Assembly: GCA_043820925.1 (NCBI GenBank) | Contig: JBDRDL010000021.1 | Span: 1 to 36,289, forward strand | Length of the DNA: 36,289 nt | Source of the DNA: Methanobacteriota archaeon | Lineage (GTDB): Archaea > Hydrothermarchaeota > Hydrothermarchaeia > Hydrothermarchaeales > JACRDW01 | Reading direction: 5' to 3' | Shown here: positions 18,884-28,762 of the stretch, one piece after another | Layout of the letters: every line of letters starts with the position of its first letter | How positions within the stretch are numbered: the stretch's first letter is position 1 | Made by a program: the position numbers and the translations under genes | The notes under the pieces: model-generated | Databases searched by the model: none | The model's input: only the letters and a program-made list of their open reading frames with translations | Told to the model about the DNA's origin: nothing

Positions 18884-19837
18884 TTATATACTGAGAAGTC
18901 TAAAGATTTCTTCGCGCTTATTTTCATTTCTCAACATATCTTCTACAGTAAACCAACGGTTGACTGCGTCACGATTGATTTCCAAGTCGTTCCTTGCTTT
19001 TTGTGTAATCGATACTCCTTGAAGAATGAGAATCGTGGTAGATCGTGGATTCTCATCTCTGGCTCGGCGGAGACTTTTAATAGCAGCACCGACTCGCTCC
19101 AAGACGCCGGCGGTATCTATGCCGCCCTTAATTTCGACTGCCGCTAAGATTTTGTTACCTTGGTAAATCGCTACGTCTGGTTCGTCTGCGAATATTATAA
19201 TTCGTCCATCTTTCAACTGCATTCTTAGTCCGTCTTCTTTTTCGTCTGACACTACTCCTTTTTCTCGAAGTCTTCGCTGGAGAATACCTTTGACAATGAC
19301 TTCAACTTTATTTCCCTTCGTATTCTGCCAAGACCCTTGCGCCTGTGAGCCTGCCGCCATCCCTCGCCATAAGTCAAATTCACGAGCATTTATCTTCTCA
19401 TCAAGTTCGATTAGATGACTTATTATCTGATTCAGGTGTTTGGAGACCGCTAAACCTATTTCATCGTCAGGCGTATATTTACCATCCTCGTACCGAGTAA
19501 CCGGAAGCCTTACGCGATTCATAGATTTCTGGGAAACCATTGAGAGCATCCGATAATATCCAACAGAACCTGATACACTTTTCAAAACAGCGGGATGAAC
19601 AAAAATGATTACTGGTTTGATACCACGGTGAATAACCTTATCCCAAGCTTGTTTTGATATTCCCAATCGATTCAAATCCCATTCCAAAGTTTCACCTTTG
19701 ATTTTTTCAATCTGCTCTGCCACGGCTAAAAGCCCCCATTCATGCAGTTTCTGATGAAAGAACTCACTTTTTGTAAGCTGGTCAAGAGACCACGCCTTAT
19801 AGTCTACGCTTGTGTTTTCCGAGGATTTTTTCTTCAT
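18884..19837 (-). CDS. Type II restriction endonuclease, XcyI-like
   Basis: PD..EIK catalytic motif (EPDVAI..VEIKGGID.AG..ER.G.A.KS), QGSWQNTKG; ATG at 19837 overlaps the MTase stop (TAATG). Confidence 0.8.
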   Translation of the reverse strand: MKKKSSENTSVDYKAWSLDQLTKSEFFHQKLHEWGLLAVAEQIEKIKGETLEWDLNRLGISKQAWDKVIHRGIKPVIIFVHPAVLKSVSGSVGYYRMLSMVSQKSMNRVRLPVTRYEDGKYTPDDEIGLAVSKHLNQIISHLIELDEKINAREFDLWRGMAAGSQAQGSWQNTKGNKVEVIVKGILQRRLREKGVVSDEKEDGLRMQLKDGRIIIFADEPDVAIYQGNKILAAVEIKGGIDTAGVLERVGAAIKSLRRARDENPRSTTILILQGVSITQKARNDLEINRDAVNRWFTVEDMLRNENKREEIFRLLSI

Positions 19838-21174
19838 TACAGCTTCCTCCACACTACAATGCTTTCTCTAACCGGCACTCGCCCATATTTTCCCATCTGT
19901 TGAGAGCTATTCCCTTTGTAGCGTGCAATGATAATCTTTTCGACTTGGAATCCTACTTCCTCTGCTATATCTGAAAGTATAAGATCAACAGGTAGTAGCT
20001 CGCCCTCAAACCTTACGTTATCTACGACCATCGCAACCTTTGCTTCGGATGCCAAGACTCGCATCCATTCTTTAATCACCTTTTGCATGTCAACAAAATA
20101 ACCTGTCAGCATGTCTGGTATCCTAGGATTATTGAGCGCCTTACCTCTTTCTTTAAGAATATCTACAACTTCTTTTATGGCTTGGTGGGGTGGTTTCTCG
20201 TAGGAATCTACTTTTGATTCTATATGCGAACGGAGAATACCAAATCGTAGAGCTTTCAATTCATCAAAGTTTGTGATAAAATGAAAACAAAGTTCTAAAG
20301 CATAAGTACGCGTATAGTCATAGCGATTGGCGTAAGGTGGAGATGTAATAATGGCTGTGGGTTGTCGTTCAAACGGTATGTCACTAAGGTCACGAGTGTC
20401 CCCAAGGTAAACTCTCGGTAACTGAACATGCTGATTCTGTCTGAACTCTTTGATCAGTTTGATGTCTCTTTCGGCTTCGTTAACTTTTCTCCGGAGTGCC
20501 TCTTCTGGATTAGCAATCTTCTTTTCTCGAACCAATCGTAAGAATTGACCGTCTTTAGACGTATAACTGCAAGGTTCTAGTATTGAAAAAAACAAAATCA
20601 GGAAAATGTCCTTGAAAGGTGATTCCAATTCGTCTATGACTGTCTTCCATTTTTGTAACGTTAGGAGCGCATCAGGAGGGAAGGCTACCTTCATGATGGC
20701 AACATCTAGGGCGACTGGAGCAGGAGGGACTTGCTGAACTCTTACTTTTAATTTTTCAAAAGTCTCTTTTATTTGTCCTGATTTCAGTGGGTAGAACAGT
20801 GGCAATGTTTGAGCAACAAATACAGCGATGGGTAGTTTGTCTACACCAATTGAGGGGATACCTTTCTGGGATGCTGTAAATAATGTTGTTCCCATTCCAC
20901 AAAATGGATCAAAGATATAATCTTTTTCGCTTAAATCGAAGCGTGAAATAAACTTTTCTACGAAGCGAAAGGCAAAGGCTTCTTTGTAGCGATAAAGTCG
21001 AAGAATTGGCACTTTTTTATTTCCTACGTATGAGACCAAACTCGCTAACGAAGGCTCTTTATGCATTAAATGAGCAAATTTATCCTCAAGATGTTGACGC
21101 TCTGTGCTCTCTATTTTGACAGATGTATTTGTCCAAGCATTATCTTTTTCAAGGAGGCTCGATTGTTTTATCAT
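19837..21174 (-). CDS. Amino-DNA methyltransferase (N4-cytosine type; motif I before motif IV)
   Basis: FDPFCGMGTT (SAM binding) and ITSPPY (catalytic); GAGG SD; translationally coupled to the REase. Confidence 0.92.
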   Translation of the reverse strand: MIKQSSLLEKDNAWTNTSVKIESTERQHLEDKFAHLMHKEPSLASLVSYVGNKKVPILRLYRYKEAFAFRFVEKFISRFDLSEKDYIFDPFCGMGTTLFTASQKGIPSIGVDKLPIAVFVAQTLPLFYPLKSGQIKETFEKLKVRVQQVPPAPVALDVAIMKVAFPPDALLTLQKWKTVIDELESPFKDIFLILFFSILEPCSYTSKDGQFLRLVREKKIANPEEALRRKVNEAERDIKLIKEFRQNQHVQLPRVYLGDTRDLSDIPFERQPTAIITSPPYANRYDYTRTYALELCFHFITNFDELKALRFGILRSHIESKVDSYEKPPHQAIKEVVDILKERGKALNNPRIPDMLTGYFVDMQKVIKEWMRVLASEAKVAMVVDNVRFEGELLPVDLILSDIAEEVGFQVEKIIIARYKGNSSQQMGKYGRVPVRESIVVWRKL

Positions 21175-21262
21175 TTCACGCCTCAGGTTCTTTTGTCTCG
21201 GTTACATATTTACATATCGCCTTACTTCTATTTTATCTTTACCCAAGAGCGCAGTAAAAGTG

Positions 21263-21976
21263 TCACCTCGCATCCCTCAGCCCCCCGTTAGTTATCACGA
21301 ACTTCACGTTCATATCTTCAGGCAGGCTGCGATGGCGGCGCAGGATTGCTTCTCTCTTATTGAAGTCTTCCTTCTTCAGCTCGATTACTGCCTTGCTCCA
21401 GTACTTCAAAATGCTCCCCCCTATCGGTTCAACGCCGCCGTCTTCGAATGAAGAGTAAACCTGGTTTGTGATTATTACTGCAAGGTTGTACTTCCTCGCA
21501 AGCTCGCCGAGCTTTGCGAGCTGCTTGCTGAGCATGCGATTCATGCTCGTTGCCTTTTCTTCATCTGTGCCGATTCGGTAAAGCGAGACTGCGCAGTCTA
21601 CGACAATTGAGCCAAACTCTTCGTTTATTACTTTATCTAGATTTTCGATGATAAAGTTCTGGTCGTCGAAGGTGGAGGGCTCGTAAAAATAGCTGTTATC
21701 CAAAACTGCTTTGAAATCCTTCCCTGCAATCTGCTTTAATCTATCTACAGAGCGACCGCCCTCAGTATCGATAAAAATTACTTTTTTTCCAGCTCTTACG
21801 ACGTTCACCGCAACCTGAAGGCAGAGGTTGGTCTTTCCTGAGCCAGAAGGTCCGTAAACCTGGGTTATTATCTTTGTCTCTATGCCCCCGTCGAGAATAT
21901 CGTCTATGCAGCAGCCTATCGGAATCTTCGCTGCCTCTCCACTGGATAAAAAAGGTTTTAGAATTTTTTCTGGCAT
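21263..21976 (-). CDS. radB: DNA repair protein RadB
   Basis: GPSGSGKT, FIDTEG, TNQVY, LRRHRS basic patch; no RadA N-domain; downstream of DP2. The track start (21994) lies inside a repeat, so ATG 21976 is preferred. Confidence 0.93.
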   Translation of the reverse strand: MPEKILKPFLSSGEAAKIPIGCCIDDILDGGIETKIITQVYGPSGSGKTNLCLQVAVNVVRAGKKVIFIDTEGGRSVDRLKQIAGKDFKAVLDNSYFYEPSTFDDQNFIIENLDKVINEEFGSIVVDCAVSLYRIGTDEEKATSMNRMLSKQLAKLGELARKYNLAVIITNQVYSSFEDGGVEPIGGSILKYWSKAVIELKKEDFNKREAILRRHRSLPEDMNVKFVITNGGLRDAR

Positions 21977-22067
21977 GATATTAAATAGCACCACATAGTA
22001 TTAAGTCTTATGCAACAGCTGGCTATGTGGTGCTAGTTCCGCTGCGCTTCACTATGCTGAATGATAT
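21975..22067. mobile_element. Dispersed repeat (copy B) between DP2 and radB with 13-bp inverted repeat and 7-bp flanking direct repeat
   Basis: TAGCACCACATAG (21986-21998) / CTATGTGGTGCTA (22023-22035); ATGATAT at 21975-21981 and 22061-22067; homologous to 9148-9216. Confidence 0.7.
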
Positions 22068-22069
22068 AA

Positions 22070-25000
22070 CTATTTTGCTAAGAAATCCGCCAGCGAAACC
22101 TGCTTCCCTTCGTCGCTCTCGAAAACCGAGGAGATGCTCATCTCTATTATGCGAATCCTCTGCCTTAGATAATCATCCAGATTGTACTTATCTATGAGGC
22201 TTTTCGTAACCTGCAAATACTTCTCTACAGAACCTTTTGAAACTGTGAGTACTAGTTTACCCCCTCCGCATTTCCTGCATTTTCCTGTTAGAGGAACTCT
22301 CCGATACTTTGTATTACAAACAACGCATCTCGTTGTCTGCTTTGAAAAAGTTCTCAGATTTCCTGCCAGGTCTGGAAGGAAGTGGCTTTCTATAACCCTC
22401 CTTGCAACGTCTCTTTCATCGACTGCACGAATCTTGCTGGCTAAACTCAGCTGATGTTCAACTTTTTCAAACATTGTTCCCAGAGTTTTGTATGCGCTTG
22501 TTTTCGGTCCTGCTGCAATGTCGCTTGTATCGTGGGTAAATTTCAAGCTGAACTGCTCCTGTTTGCCAAGTCTATTTTCGACAGTTTCGATTATGCTGCT
22601 GAGTTCTTGAGGCTTTGCATACCTTAACGTTGCCTCATAAAATTCTAAAGGATAGCTGTCGATTACGTCGATGTTGTGCGCCTCGTCGTCTATTTCCCTT
22701 GGGTCTATTCTCGTAGTTAGTACGAGAGGAGCATCCATCTTGCCGCCCCTGCTGCTTGGCAGATATGCTTTAGAAAAGTTCAACAAAGCATCGAGAAGCA
22801 GGAAAACTGCGTCTTCATCGCCGTCGCAGTTGCGCCGCTTTGCGGCGTGGAAGAAAGGATGCGCATAGCCTACATTAGCTTTCGTGAATCCTATGATTCT
22901 CCCAAGTATCGCAGCAGAAGTATGGGGAGCGAGACCTACTACTAAGTGACCTAGCAAGTCTTCCTTTTTTTCTGCATTGTAAAAAGGCTTGAGTCCATAA
23001 AACTTAACAAGCAACTCGTCCAAAAACTTGCTTACTCTTAAAAGATAACTTGCACCTTCCTCTGCCAGTATAAGGTCCTGGCACTTGAGTTCAACTATCT
23101 GCTCCTCGCTTTGAAGAGAAGCGCCATTGAAGTCTTTCTCGTAGCCGAGCTTTTTAAGAATTTCAATGGAAATTCCAATTTCTCTCGGTCTGAAGTGCGT
23201 AAGAGGCACGTCGGTAGCATCGAATCTTGCTGTGCCGTCTTTGAAAACGTAAACGTTGTGCTTAGAGCGCAGGATTCCTTTCTCCAGAGGCTCAGGAATC
23301 TTGTATGCAGAAGTCATACCGATTACGCCCTTTATGTCGCTGTGCGTGTTGCCGACTGCTGCTATTGCTTCGTTTAAAATCTCCTTAATCTCAAGCTCCC
23401 GCTCCTCAAAAAAGTTAGTTGGTGCCCCGCATTTTCTGCAAGATTCTCTATCGCTGACGTAACCGCAAGATACGCAGACTTTCTGCAATTTTGTTTGAGC
23501 ACCGCAGGTCGGGCACAAAGTTTTGAAGGTTATCTCTCCGCATTTAATGCATGCCCTTCTGGCGAGGTCGGCCTTTATTTTCTCGTTCTGCGCAGCCTTC
23601 TTTACGTCTCTTGTCCTTCCTCCATGCTGACCTATCGGAAACAAAACGTTAACCGCAGGCTGCATCTTGCGCTCCTTTGCTTTCTCGGGTCTCCCCATTC
23701 TCGCTCCTATATAAGTCGGTGCCTTCTCTCTGACCTTTATTCCGAAGCTGTTTACGAGCTCCATTGCGTTAGCAAGACCGTGAGTCTCGCGCCTACCTTG
23801 CGGTATTGCGTCAGCAAGTCTCTCGTAAGCACGGTTGAAGTTATCCGGAGAAAGCCCCTCGATGCCCAGAACTCTGAGCAAGGGTTTATACTCCTGAATT
23901 ATTACCCTGCTCTCGCTGACCTTATGAGGCACGCCAAGTATCTCAAGTATCCTCTTATCTTCAGAATTATTTACAATCAGAGCATCTGTGCAGATTTCGC
24001 CTGTGCACAACCAGGAAACGAGACTTTTCAAATCCTCTTTAGCAACGTCATGGAAAAAGTAAGTGTATCTGGGATGCAAAGGTATTTGCAGCTCTTCTGA
24101 AATTTTTATTGCCTCTTCTTGATCCGGAGTTTTAGTTAAAAATTCTTTGTAAGTGCTCCCTGAAGCCTGCTTCAGCTCCTGAATCCACCACTCCTCGACA
24201 TAGCCGGAAGGCAGCAAGACGTGATTGTTCTCTAAAAAATCTCCATAGTTTATTAGAATGTCTCCGAGAAAGAGAATTTCCTTAACTTCGCTCTTTATCT
24301 TCTCAGCTTCCTCCACGCTCTCTACTCTAACCACATCGCCATTCAAGAGTTTAACTACCGGACCTTCTATAGAATCGCAAGGCGCAACTGCAGAGCCTTT
24401 CCCGGGTCTCTCTGTTTTGAGCTGGGTGCCAATCGCTATGAAATTATCAAGCAGCAGCATGGTAGTTGGGTTTAGCGCAGCAGCAGCATAGCCGCTGTTT
24501 CTGCTTCTGCCGTATCTAAGCCTGAAGCCGCCTTTCTCGGATGGATGCGCAAGCACTGGTCGACCTGCGATTAAATCTTTTATGTACTTGTAGTTGGGCT
24601 TAATTTCTATTTTGCTTTCTTCTGTTTTTACCCTTGTGGCAGCGAGCTCGCTCAACCATTCCCAGCCATCCAAATTGAATTTCCCAACATACTTCAAAAT
24701 CTTTGGAGCTTTCTGCAAAACTCCTTCCGCAAGAACTAGAATTGCACCGCCACGGAGTTGATTTGTCTCTATTCTCTCTAAATCTCTATATCCGGAAACC
24801 TCAACCTTATCTGTTGACTCGCCGGTTATTTCTACAGGAATATTTCTTATGGCTTTTCTGACTTCCTGCGAGGAAGGGAGATACTGCAATCTCGCTGCCT
24901 GTGAATTGTATAAATCTACCTCCTCTACAAATCTCTCTACCTCCTCATTAGTAGGTTTATACTTATCCAGACCGAGGGCCCTCCGAATATAATCGCTGGT

Positions 25001-25453
25001 TAAAACAGCGATGGCTTGGTCAGAGCCGCCTGCACTCCTTATAGGACCGGCAAAATATACTGCAAGGTACTTCGTACCGTCATAATTTTTCTTAACCCTG
25101 ACCTTAACTATCCCTTCTAGAGGAGCTGCAACTATGCCTTCAGTTAGTATAGCGAGAGAAGTTCTCAACGCCTGCTCTGAAGCTTCCTCTATCGAGGGAA
25201 AAGATTCGAAGCACCCTTCGACTATTTCTTTAGCTATCTCTATTGCTGCCTCTTCCTTTGGCTTCTCGCTCAGCTCTCTAATCCTTTTCGAAACCCCTCT
25301 CGGTCCAACTAAGCCTTCAACTCTCTCTGCTAAATCTTTCGTTAGGGGTATCTCTGGCTCTAATTTCGGGTCTAAACCTTTTTTTCTTGCCTCAATTGCA
25401 GTGGCATAAACTTCTTTCGCTTTATTTTCGAGACTTTGGAAATAGATTTCCAT
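22070..25453 (-). CDS. polC: DNA polymerase D large subunit DP2
   Basis: TEGIVAAPLEG, AGPIRSAGG, RMGRPEKA, AAKRRNCDGDED, Zn fingers, PIP box QVSLADF; ATG 25453 after AGGTGA SD. Confidence 0.97.
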   Translation of the reverse strand: MEIYFQSLENKAKEVYATAIEARKKGLDPKLEPEIPLTKDLAERVEGLVGPRGVSKRIRELSEKPKEEAAIEIAKEIVEGCFESFPSIEEASEQALRTSLAILTEGIVAAPLEGIVKVRVKKNYDGTKYLAVYFAGPIRSAGGSDQAIAVLTSDYIRRALGLDKYKPTNEEVERFVEEVDLYNSQAARLQYLPSSQEVRKAIRNIPVEITGESTDKVEVSGYRDLERIETNQLRGGAILVLAEGVLQKAPKILKYVGKFNLDGWEWLSELAATRVKTEESKIEIKPNYKYIKDLIAGRPVLAHPSEKGGFRLRYGRSRNSGYAAAALNPTTMLLLDNFIAIGTQLKTERPGKGSAVAPCDSIEGPVVKLLNGDVVRVESVEEAEKIKSEVKEILFLGDILINYGDFLENNHVLLPSGYVEEWWIQELKQASGSTYKEFLTKTPDQEEAIKISEELQIPLHPRYTYFFHDVAKEDLKSLVSWLCTGEICTDALIVNNSEDKRILEILGVPHKVSESRVIIQEYKPLLRVLGIEGLSPDNFNRAYERLADAIPQGRRETHGLANAMELVNSFGIKVREKAPTYIGARMGRPEKAKERKMQPAVNVLFPIGQHGGRTRDVKKAAQNEKIKADLARRACIKCGEITFKTLCPTCGAQTKLQKVCVSCGYVSDRESCRKCGAPTNFFEERELEIKEILNEAIAAVGNTHSDIKGVIGMTSAYKIPEPLEKGILRSKHNVYVFKDGTARFDATDVPLTHFRPREIGISIEILKKLGYEKDFNGASLQSEEQIVELKCQDLILAEEGASYLLRVSKFLDELLVKFYGLKPFYNAEKKEDLLGHLVVGLAPHTSAAILGRIIGFTKANVGYAHPFFHAAKRRNCDGDEDAVFLLLDALLNFSKAYLPSSRGGKMDAPLVLTTRIDPREIDDEAHNIDVIDSYPLEFYEATLRYAKPQELSSIIETVENRLGKQEQFSLKFTHDTSDIAAGPKTSAYKTLGTMFEKVEHQLSLASKIRAVDERDVARRVIESHFLPDLAGNLRTFSKQTTRCVVCNTKYRRVPLTGKCRKCGGGKLVLTVSKGSVEKYLQVTKSLIDKYNLDDYLRQRIRIIEMSISSVFESDEGKQVSLADFLAK
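23763..23820. repeat. In-frame 42-bp hairpin insertion within DP2
   Basis: ATTGCGTTAGCAAGAC (23763-23778) / ATTGCGTCAGCAAGTC (23805-23820), 14/16, 42 bp apart; contains TACC-GCAA-GGTA on the coding strand; protein reads LADAIPQGRRETHGLANAM. Confidence 0.7.
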
Positions 25454-25457
25454 GGGT

Positions 25458-26960
25458 TCACCTGAATACCATCTTGGTCGTCGTTTGCTTCTGAAGGTCA
25501 ACGACCGGAACTATAGCAGGAGTAGGAATCATATTCAATTTCCGCTGGAAGGACGTCTGCTGCTGGAATGTGCCTGAGTTTATTAGCGTTACGCCTCGAT
25601 AATTGGTTACTCCTACAGTATGAACGTGCCCGAAGTGAAATATATCAGGCACTTCATCGATAAGCATATAATCATAAACTTCAGGTGCGAGCGGAACTTT
25701 ATCTCCATAGATTGGCGTCAGATGACGCTTTTTAAGCAGAGTAAGCATTGCCTTGTCTGGCTGGGAATAGGACATGCCAGGTATGTTGGATACGACGTCG
25801 TCCAAACTTCTGCCGTGGTATGAGAGAACATCTACGCCATGCAGAGTAGCCCAGCAGGGATTGCCGACCATGTGCACCCTTGCATCGCTATATAAGCGCC
25901 CTGCAAATTCCTCGCTTATCGCAGGCTGGGGCTCCGCCTGTCTTGTAGCGTCGTGGTTTCCGGGCAGGATTATTATCTCGATGTGCTGCGGAACCATTGA
26001 TAGAAATTCGGCAAACTTCTCGTACTGGGCATGAATGTCCTTTATTAAAAGCTCCCACTCCTGCTCAGGATAAATTCCAACTCCGTCCACGAGGTCTCCG
26101 CCCACTATCAAATATTTAACTCTCTCCGCAAGCTGCACCTGCTTTGCGCTGCCTATCTCTCCATTCAGCCACTTCAAAAATTTCAGGAATTCGCCTTCCA
26201 AGAATTTTGTGCTGCCCACATGAGTATCTGAGATTATCGCAAGGGCAAGAGGAACTTCGCTTTTATTTTGTTCTCTGTTGTTCGGTACGTCCGGAAAAAA
26301 AATCTCGCTGGCAATTACTATATCGCTGCTCTTTCCCAAGTTTCCCTCGATGCCTATAACTTCGTCTTTGACTATTTCCCTAGAAATCTCAAGTAGCTCA
26401 CGATTCGAATTCAAAATTAAAACCGGAATTACTCCTGTGGGGTCTTCTATCTCCAAAATAACATGCCCCTTCTGGCTCTTCCTTACCCCGCTGACCATTC
26501 CGATTACCTGAACGCTGCCTCTAAAGGATGCATTTTTAATCCACTCTATCGTAGCTGCATCTCTCAAGTGATTTCTGCTTCGAAGAATCTTGGCTAATCT
26601 TTCGTATCTGTCGTTGAAATATTCCACAAAACCTTCAATGTTGCCGTTTGAAAAAGATTTTTTAGTTATATCCTTTTTGAGTTTTATTTCTGCCTCATAC
26701 TCCTCTGCAAGAAAGCGCTTCCTTGGTCTTTCGACAACAATTTGCGGTGCAATGGGCTCAGCAATCGACTTACGCAATTGCAAGAACTCAAGAAAATCTG
26801 GAGTAATTACCTCTGGTTTTTTCTCAGCCTTTTGGGTTTCTGAAATTATCCTGTCGACGAGCGCATTGACATTCTCATTTTTTTTCAATTCCTGAAGTGC
26901 AAGGGGGTGTATGTTTATGTTGCTCTTTAGGAATTTGCTCAAAATTTCAAGGTCTTCCAT
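25458..26960 (-). CDS. polB: DNA polymerase D small (proofreading) subunit DP1
   Basis: OB fold plus phosphoesterase motifs SDTHVG, GDLVDG, GNHD, YHGRS, GHVH. Confidence 0.96.
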   Translation of the reverse strand: MEDLEILSKFLKSNINIHPLALQELKKNENVNALVDRIISETQKAEKKPEVITPDFLEFLQLRKSIAEPIAPQIVVERPRKRFLAEEYEAEIKLKKDITKKSFSNGNIEGFVEYFNDRYERLAKILRSRNHLRDAATIEWIKNASFRGSVQVIGMVSGVRKSQKGHVILEIEDPTGVIPVLILNSNRELLEISREIVKDEVIGIEGNLGKSSDIVIASEIFFPDVPNNREQNKSEVPLALAIISDTHVGSTKFLEGEFLKFLKWLNGEIGSAKQVQLAERVKYLIVGGDLVDGVGIYPEQEWELLIKDIHAQYEKFAEFLSMVPQHIEIIILPGNHDATRQAEPQPAISEEFAGRLYSDARVHMVGNPCWATLHGVDVLSYHGRSLDDVVSNIPGMSYSQPDKAMLTLLKKRHLTPIYGDKVPLAPEVYDYMLIDEVPDIFHFGHVHTVGVTNYRGVTLINSGTFQQQTSFQRKLNMIPTPAIVPVVDLQKQTTTKMVFR

Positions 26961-26969
26961 AAAAATTCC

Positions 26970-28205
26970 TTATGCTAACTGGCGTTGCGGAAGCTTGTAT
27001 GTAGCTAAATTTTTAAGCCTTATGTCGTCCTCTAAAACCAATCTTATTCCAACTGGAGGAACTTCCAATTTTATTTCTTTTGTTCTTCCATAGCGGCCTT
27101 TGCTCACAACGCTTGAGTTGAGTATGCCCAGCATATCGAGCTCAGAAATTAAATCCGAAACTCTTCTCTGGGTTAGAACATCTAGAGAGAGCTGCTTGCA
27201 CAGGCGCTTGTAAACGTCATAGACTTCTCCGGTAGTTATTACTCGCCCTCCCATTTCCTCCAGAAGTATTACAGAATACAAGAGAAGCTTCGACTGCGTT
27301 GGAAGAGTTCTCACCGCCTCGACTATGTTGTCTGCCTCGATTTTTTCATTCGCCTTTCTGATGTGTGTATCTGTGATCATTTCTGCATTTTCCCTTTCAG
27401 CAACTTCTCCGGAAACTCTGAGCAAGTCGAGCGCTCTTCTCGCATCTCCATGCTCCCTCGCAGCCAAGGCAGCGCATAGAGGAATTAAAAATTCGCCAAC
27501 GACGCCTGGTTTAAACGCAAGCTCTGCTCTCTGCCTTAGAATATCTTCTAACTGCCTTGCGTTGTAAGGAGAAAAAACTATCTCCTCTTCGCCAAGAGAA
27601 CTCCGAATTCTGGAGTCTAAGTAATTTGTGAATTTCAAATCATTTGATATTCCTATTATGCTGACTCTGGCATTTTTCAGCTCGGAATTCATCCTAGTTA
27701 GATTGTATATTATTTCGTCGCCCCCCTTTTCAACGAGCTTGTCTATCTCGTCTAAAAGTATTATTATGCACTGCTTCTTTGCGTCCACTGCTTCCTTAAA
27801 AGAGGCGTAAACTTTGTCCGTGGGCCAGCCAGTGAAAGGTACATTCTCGCCGAACTCTTTTGCAAGGTTTGCCAGCACTCTGTACTTCGTGTCGGTGACC
27901 CCGCAGTTGAGATAAATTGCAGAAACAGGCACTCCCAATTTATTTCCTGTTTCAGTTAGCTCCTTGCAGATAAATCTTGAGACAATTGTCTTTCCTGTGC
28001 CGCTCTTTCCGTATATTAAAATGTTAGACGGAGTCTCAAACCTCAAAGCAGGTGCCAAAATAGAAGCAAGTTGTTTGATTTCTGCTTCTCTGTGAGGCAG
28101 CTCAGTTGGGGTGTAGGAGTGCCTCAGAGCTTCTTTATTCTTAAACAGTGGCTCCTTTGTAAGAAGTGAGTCAAAAATCCCGCTGAATGAACTCTTTAAA
28201 TCCAT
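26970..28205 (-). CDS. cdc6: Orc1/Cdc6 replication initiator
   Basis: LPHRE, GKSGTGKT, LLDEID, GDARRALDLLR, C-terminal wHTH SKGRYGRT. Confidence 0.97.
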   Translation of the reverse strand: MDLKSSFSGIFDSLLTKEPLFKNKEALRHSYTPTELPHREAEIKQLASILAPALRFETPSNILIYGKSGTGKTIVSRFICKELTETGNKLGVPVSAIYLNCGVTDTKYRVLANLAKEFGENVPFTGWPTDKVYASFKEAVDAKKQCIIILLDEIDKLVEKGGDEIIYNLTRMNSELKNARVSIIGISNDLKFTNYLDSRIRSSLGEEEIVFSPYNARQLEDILRQRAELAFKPGVVGEFLIPLCAALAAREHGDARRALDLLRVSGEVAERENAEMITDTHIRKANEKIEADNIVEAVRTLPTQSKLLLYSVILLEEMGGRVITTGEVYDVYKRLCKQLSLDVLTQRRVSDLISELDMLGILNSSVVSKGRYGRTKEIKLEVPPVGIRLVLEDDIRLKNLATYKLPQRQLA

Positions 28206-28237
28206 GTTCTCCCGCCATTCTTCCTCTTAACCTACTC

Positions 28238-28757
28238 TTCCTCTGGAAAAAATTCCATCGGAAATCTATGACCTTCAAGTGGAAATGAAGGTAATCTTGT
28301 AATTGATGAAATAATAGTTGAATTCTCTATATATATAATTTTTGAATACCACAGCAATGCTTCCCATGGAACGATATTATTCATAATAATGATATGTCCC
28401 GAAATTTTGTCTTTTTTTATTATAATTCGTGATAAATTTTAAAACATTTGACAGACGGGGCATGCTTTCTTATGGAGAACTCTAATTTTAATTATTTAAA
28501 CCCCTTTATTTCTTATGGAGATTTTTAGTTTATTGATGATATATTAAATACAAATTATTATAATAAACTTATTTTTAAAAATAAAACAAAAATATGAAAT
28601 TCAAAAAAAATAAAGTAAAAATCAATTTCAAATTATTAAAATAAGCAAAATTTGTTAATATTTTAATTTCAAAAAATATAAATATTACGAGTTGGTTTGT
28701 AAAACATTATTATAAAAACGTAAAACTTTTTATGACTTCCAGTCGAAATATAGGGGT
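28238..28757. other. oriC: Chromosomal replication origin (oriC): ORB/mini-ORB elements flanking an AT-rich DUE
   Basis: ORB-like boxes: TTCCAGTCGAAATATAGGGGT (+, 28737-28757), CTCCATAAGAAATAAAGGGGT (-, 28500-28520), TTCAAGTGGAAATGAAGGT (+, 28274-28292), TTCCATCGGAAAT (28253-28265), TTCCTCTGGAAA (28238-28249), CTCCATAAGAAA (-, 28466-28477). Almost pure A/T tract ~28520-28735; directly upstream of cdc6. Confidence 0.93.
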
Positions 28758-28762
28758 CCCAT

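Noticed and set aside
22815..22850. Intein at the DP2 RRN/CDGDED site (also checked gyrA, gyrB, cdc6, rfcL)
   Set aside because: Motifs are contiguous and protein lengths ordinary; the GyrB insert lacks intein terminal residues.
28520..28735. Extreme AT tract as foreign DNA or low-complexity artefact
   Set aside because: Explained as the DUE between inverted ORBs next to cdc6.
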